A DNA stretch of 64,000 nt from positions 32,001 through 96,000 of the forward strand of contig CAVWCX010000034.1 in the NCBI GenBank assembly GCA_963753595.1, in the 5' to 3' direction. The DNA comes from Candidatus Methanoperedenaceae archaeon. Its GTDB lineage: Archaea > Halobacteriota > Methanosarcinia > Methanosarcinales > Methanoperedenaceae. Below, one piece after another: positions 9,120 to 17,701 of this stretch. The notes under the pieces are model-generated. The model had not been told where the DNA came from, did not search any database, and saw only the letters and a program-made list of their open reading frames with translations. Positions within the stretch are counted from its first letter, which is position 1. Each line of letters begins with the position of its first letter. The position numbers and the translations under genes were made by a program.

Positions 9120-10170
9120 ATTGTTCACCCGCCTGGTAACAAAATCACTCCGGGTAAGAAGAGAGCGCCTCTTGATATCTATAATTGCAATAATGCTTGG
9201 TGCTGCCATGGTGGCTTCATTGCTTACTATCTCCCTGGATATAAGGGAGAAGATGGGTAAGGAACTTAGAAGCTATGGAGCCAATATAGTTGTCCTTCCA
9301 GGCGAAGGAGAATATATCAACCAGTTCAATGCCACGCATAATTCTATTATAGGTTCTGTCCCTTTTCTTTATTTCAAAGCCGATGTCAATGCAAAAAATA
9401 TGGATTTTGCAGGGGCAGACCTTGAAGCAGCCAGAAAAATGAACCCGTGGTGGCATATTGAAGGGGCACTTCCGAAACAGCAAGAGGTGCTGCCGGGCAT
9501 TAATGCTGCAAAAAAACTTGGGCTTAAAATCGGTGATCCTCTAATCGTAGGGGAGAAATCTTTTAAAGTCTCAGGTATCCTGGATACAGGCACATCTGAT
9601 GATAACAGGATTTTCATCACTATGGAAGCTGGAGAGCAGATATCAGGCAAGAGTGGGGCTATATTGGTACAGGTGAGTGTTCTTGGGGATATCGATGAAG
9701 TAATCAGGTATCTTGAAAATGAAGGCTATAAAGTAAAGAAGATCCGGCAGGTGGCCGAGAGTGAGAAAGCTCTTCTTGATAAAACCCAGCTTTTAATCTC
9801 CCTTGTGGCCTTTTTTGTCCTTTTGGCATCGAGCCTCACCCTCTTTAGCACAATGGTAACAAGCGTGCTTGAGCGAAGCCGGGAGATAGGACTCATGAAA
9901 GCGCTTGGCTGCGGAAATGGCAGGCTTGCAGCCATGTTTCTTGCCGAGGCAGGGGCGATGGGCGCAGCAGGCGGCATCCCCGGATATTTTGTCGGGCTTT
10001 TACTTTCGCAATTCATAGGAATGGAGATATTTGATATTCAGGTGTCGATAAAGCCTGAAGTGTTCGTTCTCACCGTTTTGATCTCGATATTGGTCGCAGC
10101 AGTCGCAAGTCTTCTGCCCATCAGGCGTGCAATTTCAATCGATCCTGTCATAATACTAAGAGGTGAATAA
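9112..10170 (+). CDS. ABC permease (FtsX/MacB type), second subunit
   Basis: ELRSYGANI, ERSREIGLMKALG; overlaps the previous gene. Confidence 0.88.
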   Translation: MIKLFTRLVTKSLRVRRERLLISIIAIMLGAAMVASLLTISLDIREKMGKELRSYGANIVVLPGEGEYINQFNATHNSIIGSVPFLYFKADVNAKNMDFAGADLEAARKMNPWWHIEGALPKQQEVLPGINAAKKLGLKIGDPLIVGEKSFKVSGILDTGTSDDNRIFITMEAGEQISGKSGAILVQVSVLGDIDEVIRYLENEGYKVKKIRQVAESEKALLDKTQLLISLVAFFVLLASSLTLFSTMVTSVLERSREIGLMKALGCGNGRLAAMFLAEAGAMGAAGGIPGYFVGLLLSQFIGMEIFDIQVSIKPEVFVLTVLISILVAAVASLLPIRRAISIDPVIILRGE

Positions 10171-10172
10171 AA

Positions 10173-10814
10173 ATGATAATCGCAAAAAATCTTGTCAAAA
10201 AATACGATACCACATGTGCATTGAAAGATGCCAGTTTCACTATTGAAAAAGGAGAATGGGCTAATATAATGGGGCCTTCAGGCAGCGGAAAAACCACGCT
10301 TTTGAACCTGATAGGCTGCCTCGATTCCCCGACAAGCGGTTCTTTGCTGGTGAATGGAATTGAAACGACAAAGCTTAACCAGAAGGAGAGAACGCGTTTT
10401 CGGCGCGAGAACATTGGTCTTGTTTTCCAGCAGTTCCACATGATACCACACCTTACCGCAATTGAGAATGTTATGATAGCCCAGTACTTCCACAGCATCG
10501 AGGATGAGAAAGAAGCAGGAGAAGCCCTTATACGCGTTGGCATGGGGCACAGGCTGCATCATTTGCCCTCCCAGCTTTCTGGCGGGGAACAGCAGCGTGT
10601 ATGCATAGCGAGGGCGCTGATAAACCAGCCCCAGATAATATTAGCGGACGAACCCACAGGAAACCTCGATAAAACTAATGAAGAAGCTGTTCTTGATATA
10701 TTCAGGGAACTCCACAGCGAAGGGAGAACGATAGTGATCGTAACCCACAACCCTGAGATAGGTGAAATAGGGGATAAAATAATACGAATATCACACGGTG
10801 AAGTAAAGTATTAA
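10173..10814 (+). CDS. ABC ATP-binding protein (LolD/MacB type)
   Basis: GPSGSGKT, LSGGEQQR, LADEPTGNLD. Confidence 0.92.
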   Translation: MIIAKNLVKKYDTTCALKDASFTIEKGEWANIMGPSGSGKTTLLNLIGCLDSPTSGSLLVNGIETTKLNQKERTRFRRENIGLVFQQFHMIPHLTAIENVMIAQYFHSIEDEKEAGEALIRVGMGHRLHHLPSQLSGGEQQRVCIARALINQPQIILADEPTGNLDKTNEEAVLDIFRELHSEGRTIVIVTHNPEIGEIGDKIIRISHGEVKY

Positions 10815-10906
10815 TTATATTGGAACCTTATGATTAATCCGGAGTTCAAACGCGCTGCTGTTAAAGGTCAATTTCAAACCTGAAAGCCAAGAGGTAAATC
10901 CGCTTT

Positions 10907-11410
10907 CTATTTGATCTTGACAAAAATCTTCTTCCTCGTTACGGGAATTAATTTTTTCCATTCGATTGTGCAGTCTTTTTCTATCTTAAAATCCTCAGTT
11001 GTTGAATTTGGTGAGTTCCCGTTAACTTCATAGAGATAAAGCCCATCTTCTCCATCGATAGCCATAACAAACTCTTTGCCGCCAACCGTTTTTAATTCTA
11101 CCCCGGATACTTTTCTCAGGGCTTCCAGAATACTGGCACCTTTTTGCAGATCAATCGTGTGTGAGTCGGCAAGCTCATCAAGCATACCATACATGTTTTT
11201 TATTTTACTGCCAAGCACATGGGTTTTGCCAAACTTTCTTATTTCAATTAAATTTGCTCTCTCCAGAAGTTTAGCATGTTTAGCCACTACCGGAACCGAG
11301 AGATTTAATTCTTTTGCAATACCTGTGATATGCATTTCTTTCTTAGCCAATATTCTCAGCATTTTCAATCGCGTAGTACTGCTGAGTGCTTTAAAAATAT
11401 CGTTAGCCAT
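10907..11410 (-). CDS. ArsR-family regulator with C-terminal ubiquitin-like (DUF4430-like) domain
   Basis: IFKALSSTTRLKML...IAKELNLSVPVVAKHAKLLERANLI; C-terminal FVMAIDG...LYEVNG; start taken at MANDIF. Confidence 0.75.
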   Translation of the reverse strand: MANDIFKALSSTTRLKMLRILAKKEMHITGIAKELNLSVPVVAKHAKLLERANLIEIRKFGKTHVLGSKIKNMYGMLDELADSHTIDLQKGASILEALRKVSGVELKTVGGKEFVMAIDGEDGLYLYEVNGNSPNSTTEDFKIEKDCTIEWKKLIPVTRKKIFVKIK

Positions 11411-11488
11411 ATGGATAACAACTATTGCTTGAAATGTTAAATATTTTATCTCTTGTGTGATTATCCAGGTTAATTGTGAGGTATAATA

Positions 11489-11692
11489 ATGACAGAAATG
11501 AGCAGTGAATACAGATATGTACATAAGTATCGATATGAATTGGACTATGCAATGCTCGCAAAGCTTGCTATAATTTTTCTTACCATCGCCCTTGCGATCT
11601 ACATTATAGGATTTTCAAACTTTGAAAGCTTTCCAGCACTCCACGAGGGATTTCATGACCTACGCCACGCAGCAGGCTTCCCCTGCCATTAA
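11489..11692 (+). CDS. cbtB: cobalt transporter subunit CbtB
   Basis: One TM plus the diagnostic LHEGFHDLRHAAGFPCH C-terminus; true start may be 11552. Confidence 0.85.
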   Translation: MTEMSSEYRYVHKYRYELDYAMLAKLAIIFLTIALAIYIIGFSNFESFPALHEGFHDLRHAAGFPCH

Positions 11693-12410
11693 AGGCTCAC
11701 TGGATTTTTTATCAATTCTGAAAGCAGGAATTGTAACAGGTATGGTTGCAGGCACAGCCCTCGGAGGACTTCTCCTTTTGTTCCTGACGCCAATCATATT
11801 GGAAGCAGAAACTTACGAAATCCAGATACCTGATTTCCATCCATTAATTCCAAGGAATATTGTTCACTTCTGGACATTCGCTGGAGCAATAATGCTTGGA
11901 ATCCTCTATTCTATAATATTCACTTTCGTGTATACTATGGTTCAACACAGGATTCCGGTAAAAAACGCTGAGTTTAAAAGTCTGATTATGGCTTTAAACG
12001 GTTTTTTAGTAGCGGTGCTTGTCCCTTCTCTCTATCTGCCGCCTAACCCGCCTGGCATGGAGACCTCGCTGTCTGTGATGACAAGGCAGAGCATCTTTAT
12101 CGCTATGATCATTGCTGGTATTCTTGCTTCAATAGCCTTCTGGATTATTTATTCACGTTTATCCCGGAAATATAATCCCATGTCCGGGCTTTCAATAGGA
12201 GCAATTGCCTTTGTCGTCATAATTATCACTGCATTCTTATTGTTTCCCCCTAATTCCAACATACCTTCAATTCCTTCAGATTTACTATGGAAATACAGGG
12301 TCGAGAGCCTTGGAGCTATGTTTACTTTCTGGGTAACTATGGGAGTAATGGTTAATACCATGCTGGAATATTTTAGACCACACTTTAGGACTTCAGAAAA
12401 ATTGCATTGA
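11622..12410 (+). CDS. cbtA: cobalt transporter subunit CbtA
   Basis: PIILEAETYE, PSLYLPPNPPG, IPSDLLWKYRVESL; start uncertain (probably near 11700). Confidence 0.85.
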   Translation: MKAFQHSTRDFMTYATQQASPAIKGSLDFLSILKAGIVTGMVAGTALGGLLLLFLTPIILEAETYEIQIPDFHPLIPRNIVHFWTFAGAIMLGILYSIIFTFVYTMVQHRIPVKNAEFKSLIMALNGFLVAVLVPSLYLPPNPPGMETSLSVMTRQSIFIAMIIAGILASIAFWIIYSRLSRKYNPMSGLSIGAIAFVVIIITAFLLFPPNSNIPSIPSDLLWKYRVESLGAMFTFWVTMGVMVNTMLEYFRPHFRTSEKLH

Positions 12411-12448
12411 CCGATTAAATACTTCAGTTACTTCGTTTATCCGCCCCC

Positions 12449-12506
12449 GATAGGTGAAATAGGGGACAAAATAATCCGGATATCCCATGGTGAAGTAAAG
12501 TATTAG
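12449..12506 (+). pseudogene. orphan duplicate of the last 58 bp of the ABC ATPase gene (10757..10814)
   Basis: Encodes the identical IGEIGDKIIRISHGEVKY*; 6 differences, all silent third positions. Confidence 0.9.
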
Positions 12507-12533
12507 TCATCATGAAACCTACTGAAATCATAG

Positions 12534-13190
12534 ATGACAAAAGAATCCCCAAGGATAGAAGAATATCTGGAGTATATATATAAACTCCAGGAGATGCATG
12601 AATCTGCCACCACCTCGAAATTAGCCCAACGCCTGGAGTTAGCCCCTTCATCCGTTTCCGAGATGCTAAAGCAGCTTGAACAGAAGGGACTTGTGGAATA
12701 CGCTGATAAAGGAGTCGTATTGACAAAAGAAGGTGAACTTAAAGCCAGGAAAGTAATAAGAAAACATCGCCTCTCAGAGCGCCTGCTTACGGATATTCTG
12801 GGTTTTGAATGGGATAAAGTACATGAGGAGGCATGCAGGCTTGAACACGATATAAGTCCTGAGATGGAGGAAAAAATCGAAGAGAAACTTGGCAATCCCA
12901 GAACATGCCCGCATGGTTATCCAATACCTGATAAAAATGGTTTTATAGCCCATGATAATACTGTAAAGCTTTCAGAACTCAAAGCAAATGAAAAAGGAGT
13001 TATTATAAGCGTCTTTGAAGAGAACTCTGAGATGTTGCAGTATCTGGGGAGCCTTGGTTTATATCCTGAGATAGAAGTGGAAATAAAGAGTGTCGCTCCT
13101 TTCGGAGGACCGATCCTTATCAGGGTGACAGGGTCGGAAAAATCAGTTGGAAAGGAACTCGCAGAAAAGATAATGGTGCAAAGGAAATAA
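12534..13190 (+). CDS. DtxR/IdeR/MntR-family metal-dependent repressor with FeoA domain
   Basis: EEYLEYIY, RKHRLSERLL, HEEACRLEH, CPHGYPIP, FeoA-like LGLYP...APFGGPI. Confidence 0.92.
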   Translation: MTKESPRIEEYLEYIYKLQEMHESATTSKLAQRLELAPSSVSEMLKQLEQKGLVEYADKGVVLTKEGELKARKVIRKHRLSERLLTDILGFEWDKVHEEACRLEHDISPEMEEKIEEKLGNPRTCPHGYPIPDKNGFIAHDNTVKLSELKANEKGVIISVFEENSEMLQYLGSLGLYPEIEVEIKSVAPFGGPILIRVTGSEKSVGKELAEKIMVQRK

Positions 13191-13192
13191 AG

Positions 13193-13594
13193 TTATGCAG
13201 ATTGAGCGGTGATAGTAACGAGGGCACTTATCTGTTCCAGTCCATGACCTGACTCTGGCGGCTGCTGCCCGGTGAGCCATTTCTCTCCCCAGGCTTTTAC
13301 CTCCTGCATTAACTTTCTTAAATCCTCGCCCTTCCGGGTAAGTACATATTCTGTTGTTTCGGGCTGATCCAGAGTTGTCTTTTTTTCGATAATACCGTTT
13401 TTTTGAAGTTCGGATAAATTCTGAGTAAGAACCTTGGAAGAAATCCCTGGAATGCAGGTTTTCAATTCATTGAACCTTTTTGGTGATTTCATTAAATTAT
13501 AGGTGATAACAAGCGACCACTTATTCCCTATTGTATATATCGATTCTACTACAGGACATATCTCTTTTTGTGAAGTTGATGTACCGGGGGTCAC
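13193..13594 (-). CDS. HxlR-family winged-helix regulator
   Basis: CPVVESIYTIGNKWSL...RFNEL...ISSKVLTQNLSEL...EYVLTRKG. Confidence 0.88.
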   Translation of the reverse strand: MTPGTSTSQKEICPVVESIYTIGNKWSLVITYNLMKSPKRFNELKTCIPGISSKVLTQNLSELQKNGIIEKKTTLDQPETTEYVLTRKGEDLRKLMQEVKAWGEKWLTGQQPPESGHGLEQISALVTITAQSA

Positions 13595-13629
13595 AATCCG
13601 GTGTATATCATTGTTATATAATATATCTT

Positions 13630-13661
13630 TGGTCTTTTTACATGATGGTCTTTTTACATGA
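13630..13661. repeat. tandem 16-bp duplication TGGTCTTTTTACATGA x2
   Basis: Exact copies at 13630-13645 and 13646-13661. Confidence 0.9.
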
Positions 13662-13662
13662 G

Positions 13663-13678
13663 GTTACCTGTTGGTAAC
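13663..13678. promoter_or_regulatory. inverted repeat GTTACC-N4-GGTAAC, probable HxlR operator
   Basis: Lies between the divergent hxlR and doxX units. Confidence 0.55.
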
Positions 13679-13730
13679 TTTAATTTTAAATATAATATAA
13701 TAATTAATAAGGGATTTGAGGTTTTAAAAT

Positions 13731-13862
13731 ATGAGTTTTGACAAAGAAAAAATAAAAACAGCAATCAATGCTGTAAACGATGCATGCCTGCACTGCGGCA
13801 GCAGCCACACCAATGAATGCCCTGTAAGTATGGCAAGGCAGGCTTTGAAATCCGTGGAGTGA
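13731..13862 (+). CDS. 43-aa Cys/His mini-protein (CxxC-x3-H-x3-C), not in ORF track
   Basis: MSFDKEKIKTAINAVNDACLHCGSSHTNECPVSMARQALKSVE; GAGGT upstream; ends 5 nt before doxX. Confidence 0.7.
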   Translation: MSFDKEKIKTAINAVNDACLHCGSSHTNECPVSMARQALKSVE

Positions 13863-13867
13863 GCCAG

Positions 13868-14311
13868 ATGTCGGAAAAAACGCAAAATTTCAGCCTGGTA
13901 TTTCTGCGTGCGGCCCTGGGCGTAATCTTTTTCGCCCACGGCTCCCAGAAGCTTCTTGGCTGGTACGATGGTTTTGATGCGACCGTCCAGTTCTTCCAGC
14001 AGATGGGCATACCGCCAGCTCTTGGCGCGCTTGCGATCCTTGCTGAATTCTTCGGAGGACTCATGGTACTCCTCGGGTTCTTCACACGCATCGGTGCGGC
14101 AGGCATATCTGTAACCATGGTTGTAGCGCTGTTCACGGTCCACCTTTCCCAGGGATTTTTCATAGCAGGCGATAAGATCGGTTATGAATATGTATTCGCG
14201 CTGCTTTTGATGGCATTATATCTTGTGATAAACGGTGCAGGCGAACTGTCGGTAGATAAATATATCAGGGAAAAAACAGGAAGCGGTTTTATCGGGAAAT
14301 TACTATCCTGA
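13868..14311 (+). CDS. DoxX family membrane protein
   Basis: LRAALGVIFFAHGSQKL, EFFGGL..LLGFFTR, GYEY, GAGELSVD. Confidence 0.9.
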   Translation: MSEKTQNFSLVFLRAALGVIFFAHGSQKLLGWYDGFDATVQFFQQMGIPPALGALAILAEFFGGLMVLLGFFTRIGAAGISVTMVVALFTVHLSQGFFIAGDKIGYEYVFALLLMALYLVINGAGELSVDKYIREKTGSGFIGKLLS

Positions 14312-14342
14312 AAAACTACTCCACCTTTTTTATTTTTGTCGG

Positions 14343-15182
14343 CTAAACCCCAAAGACCATCGCCAACAAATTCCTTGCCCCCATCGAGAAACCAAGAACG
14401 ATCAACGTCAATGCCAGCATGTACTTCTCACCATTGTCCTGATCATCCCGGGAATCTTTTTCAAGCATCCAAACTATCACAAGTACCAGAATCAGGGACA
14501 GGGGGATAAGTATGGCTCCAGTTCCAAAAATGGAAGTAAGAAAGGAACTGAAAGGATGTTTGTTCGTGTAGCCTAACATATCCACACCAATATATGTTGT
14601 AAAAGAATCAAGTAAGAATGAAAATATCGCAAATGAATACATTTTGCTTCGAACGTATGTCATTCCAATCGCAGGCGATACTTTTTGGACAATCCAGGTA
14701 AGTATGAGAGCAGGCACAAGACTGTAAGCCAGGATGTTGATATTCAATTTAAAAGAACTATTGAAAATGAGGATAGCAACTCCTGCTAACGATAATGCAA
14801 CACCGGCAAGTGCGTATGCATAGATATGATCTTTTATTTTCTGAACCTTCTCAAGATATCTTGTGAGGAGAAGAGTACCGAAACATATCGCAAATATCAC
14901 GAAGTAAATAAGCGGCGTGATAAAAAAATATTTGACGGGCGGCTTCAGGAGATCCGCATCCTCGATTACCCGGAATACTGAACCCATGAAAATATAGGGG
15001 ATCGTGGCAATAACAAACTGCTCGTCAATCTTGATCCTTAATTTATTCAATAGTTTTTGAACAGCATATATTCCCACAAATAAAATAATGACATATGTGA
15101 TCATGTCAAAATGATTATAACTTGTATCGTTGATTAGACCTTCAATAAAATTCCGATTTATGAAATCAATAAATCCGCTCAT
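14343..15182 (-). CDS. archaeal DUF63-like membrane protein
   Basis: SYN..DMITY, RVIEDA, FITPLIY, LLDSFTT...YTNKHP, GARNLL. Confidence 0.75.
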   Translation of the reverse strand: MSGFIDFINRNFIEGLINDTSYNHFDMITYVIILFVGIYAVQKLLNKLRIKIDEQFVIATIPYIFMGSVFRVIEDADLLKPPVKYFFITPLIYFVIFAICFGTLLLTRYLEKVQKIKDHIYAYALAGVALSLAGVAILIFNSSFKLNINILAYSLVPALILTWIVQKVSPAIGMTYVRSKMYSFAIFSFLLDSFTTYIGVDMLGYTNKHPFSSFLTSIFGTGAILIPLSLILVLVIVWMLEKDSRDDQDNGEKYMLALTLIVLGFSMGARNLLAMVFGV

Positions 15183-15220
15183 TATTATCCTCCACCTGAA
15201 ATGTTAATACTTTAATATAT

Positions 15221-15863
15221 TCATTCAAGTTTCACCGCCCTGTATAAAGAGATAGTACCAAAAATAGACATGTATCTGTCAGTTTCGTTAATCTTCTCAA
15301 ACCCAGCATCATGGAACATTCCGGGCAATAAACCCTTTATATTGTCACCAGTTTCCTCTAACCTCCTCATAACAAGGGATATCAGGTACATAATGAAATT
15401 CTGCGGCTTTCCGAAGTCTGCAACATGCAGTTCTCCCCCGGTTTTAAGGACGCGGAACACTTCTTTTAAAGTTCTTTTCTTGTTCCCGCGGGTCAGGTGG
15501 TGGAGCATCAGGCTTGAAAAAATACGATCAAAATACTGATCAGGATAAGGAAGTTCAAAGGCCATTCCAGTATCCAATGGAATATCAAAACCTGACTCTG
15601 TAAATATTCGATCTGGCTAATTCAAGTATCTTCGGGTCTCCGTCAAGACCGATCACATCAGCATCGGGATAGGACTTCTTTATAAGGATTGTGAGCGTGG
15701 CTGTACCGCATCCAAGGTCAAGTATTCTTTTATCCTTCCCGATATTTGCATGCTGCACAAGACTATTTTTGATTTTGTTTTCAGGAATTGCCAATTTCAT
15801 CACCGGATCATAGAGGCGCGTGAGCATTCCAAAGCTAAGAGCTGGGACATATTTATCGTTCAT
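15221..15863 (-). pseudogene. class I SAM methyltransferase split by a 1-nt frameshift
   Basis: ILDLGCGTA in 15585..15863 and LPYPDQYFD...LMLHHL...VLKTGG in 15221..15577; removing one base at 15602-15604 fuses them (LARSNI-TESGFDIPLDTGMA). Confidence 0.85.
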
Positions 15864-15881
15864 TTGTTCATTTATCCTGTG

Positions 15882-16649
15882 TTACTTGTATTTAATTTTT
15901 TTATTGACGGCAAAAACATCGGGCGTCTGCCGTTTATATTCTTCATATCTCTCCCCAAAAGCCTCTATAGCTTCATTTTCTTCTCTTTTCGCCAGCCTGT
16001 AATACATTACCACAAGAACAGGCCACATGGCAAGCGTGATTATAGTGGGCCACTGGATGAGCAGCCCAATGGTCAGTACTATAAGACCCAGATATTGTGG
16101 ATGCCGGACATACCTGTAAATGCCGCCGGTCACAAGTTCACCGTAAGATGCGTGTATCATGCTCCAGCCTTTTGACATCAGGAATAAGCCAAGGAATATA
16201 ACAGCGCTGCTTGTCACCATCACAAGAGCCCATGCAGCTTCCATACTCATTAAACCTGCGCTGGAAATAAGCACTCCGAGCAGGTGCCCCTGTGCGTGTC
16301 CAAAAGAAAGGTTCAGCCCGAAAACCGAAGAGAGAACATATATCGTGAGCGGAAAGCCGTACATTTCTGAGAACAGGGCAATTATGAACGCTTCATATAT
16401 CCCCAGGGTGCGCCAGTTCTGCTTTTTCAGCGGGGTAAGGAAGCTGAGCACAAAAACCGAAAAAATCCCGACGCTAATAATTGTTGCTGCCCAGTTGCCA
16501 TAAGCGTATCCTGTCAGGTCATGATGGTCTCCACCTTCGATATTTTCAGGCTTTTCAAAACCCAGGAGAACTGAAAGACCTGAGATTAAAACCAGTACCA
16601 TGAGCGTAATAAATCCAAGCGAGATAAGATTGTAAAAGAATTTTCTCAT
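15882..16649 (-). CDS. isoprenylcysteine carboxyl methyltransferase (ICMT/PEMT)-like membrane protein
   Basis: ALFSEMYGFPLTIY, LVTGGIYRYVRHPQY, LAKREE...FGERYEEY. Confidence 0.85.
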   Translation of the reverse strand: MRKFFYNLISLGFITLMVLVLISGLSVLLGFEKPENIEGGDHHDLTGYAYGNWAATIISVGIFSVFVLSFLTPLKKQNWRTLGIYEAFIIALFSEMYGFPLTIYVLSSVFGLNLSFGHAQGHLLGVLISSAGLMSMEAAWALVMVTSSAVIFLGLFLMSKGWSMIHASYGELVTGGIYRYVRHPQYLGLIVLTIGLLIQWPTIITLAMWPVLVVMYYRLAKREENEAIEAFGERYEEYKRQTPDVFAVNKKIKYK

Positions 16650-16651
16650 TA

Positions 16652-17161
16652 TTATCCTCCTATGCTTTTTACTGCTTCATCGATGAGCCTTGAGCGGTAT
16701 GTACTGTCGGGGTTGTTTACAGCAATCCATATCACAAGATTGTTTTTCGAGTAATAGTAATGATACTCGCCCCCGCCCTGGGTATAGTATATTTTCAGTT
16801 CGTTCATTTCCAGGACTTCAGGAATGCCAAACATTCCACCCATTCCCTTTGTCATGTTAACTACCTTTTCGACTGCTCTCTTTTCCGTGTCTGCTGATGT
16901 TAAGGATATGGTTGCCCTGTTTCCTTCGCTGTTCCTGTAGCGGGCTATGTGCGCCTGGTCCGGGCTGATATTATCCTTTGCAGAGTGCGAGTTTTGTATC
17001 TCACGGACTGCCACTTCACCTTCCCTGTGGAGTTTAAGTTCCATGTCCCCGAGTTTTTCCGGAAAAAATGTCTCCTGGGTTAAGTATAAGAATAACACCG
17101 AAGCAATAATAATTGCAACAAAACCAGTTATCAGAAAAATCCCATTTTTTTTATGTTTCAT
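16652..17161 (-). CDS. membrane-anchored hypothetical protein, paralog 3
   Basis: N-terminal TM; FPEKLGDM...G..A..EI...H; HYYY...VIWI. Confidence 0.75.
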   Translation of the reverse strand: MKHKKNGIFLITGFVAIIIASVLFLYLTQETFFPEKLGDMELKLHREGEVAVREIQNSHSAKDNISPDQAHIARYRNSEGNRATISLTSADTEKRAVEKVVNMTKGMGGMFGIPEVLEMNELKIYYTQGGGEYHYYYSKNNLVIWIAVNNPDSTYRSRLIDEAVKSIGG

Positions 17162-17165
17162 TGCG

Positions 17166-17693
17166 CTAAATCCGTTTTATAGACTCTTTCACGAAGTTAA
17201 GTCTGTAAGCTTCGTCAGGATTATCTACCTGTATCCAGAACACTCTTTTATCTTTGGCATAGAAATAATGATACGGGCCAACTTCCGGTTTTCCGCTGAC
17301 AAAATAAACAGTAATACCTTCTATGTTCATTGATGTGGAATCGCTGAACATGCCAGTCTTTCCCACCTTCAGGTTCATGGTCTCAAGAAGGGATGCTGCT
17401 TCTATGCTGCTTCTGGAAACCGAAACCCAGAATTTAGCTTTATTAGCGGGCGTACTCTTGTAGTTCGCAATATATGCATTCTCTATCTTTACATCCGGAT
17501 TATTGCCATGTAACCCTATTACCTCATTCATTGCAATTTCACCATCCCTGTAGAGTGCCATGTTCATATCGCCCAATTTTTCAGGGAACATGCCATAGGG
17601 ACTGTTCTGCGTCTGCTGATAGAGGAATGCAGTAATAGCTAAAACTGCGATTATGAATATTAAAAGATATATTTCCAATCTGTTTTTCTTCAT
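17166..17693 (-). CDS. membrane-anchored hypothetical protein, paralog 2
   Basis: N-terminal TM; FPEKLGDM...GEIAMNEVIGLH; HYFY...VFWI. Confidence 0.75.
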   Translation of the reverse strand: MKKNRLEIYLLIFIIAVLAITAFLYQQTQNSPYGMFPEKLGDMNMALYRDGEIAMNEVIGLHGNNPDVKIENAYIANYKSTPANKAKFWVSVSRSSIEAASLLETMNLKVGKTGMFSDSTSMNIEGITVYFVSGKPEVGPYHYFYAKDKRVFWIQVDNPDEAYRLNFVKESIKRI

Positions 17694-17701
17694 AGTGTCA
17701 C

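Noticed and set aside
10815-12448. IS or integrative element carrying cbtBA
   Set aside because: No transposase, integrase or terminal inverted repeats; the flanking repeats are diverged gene ends.
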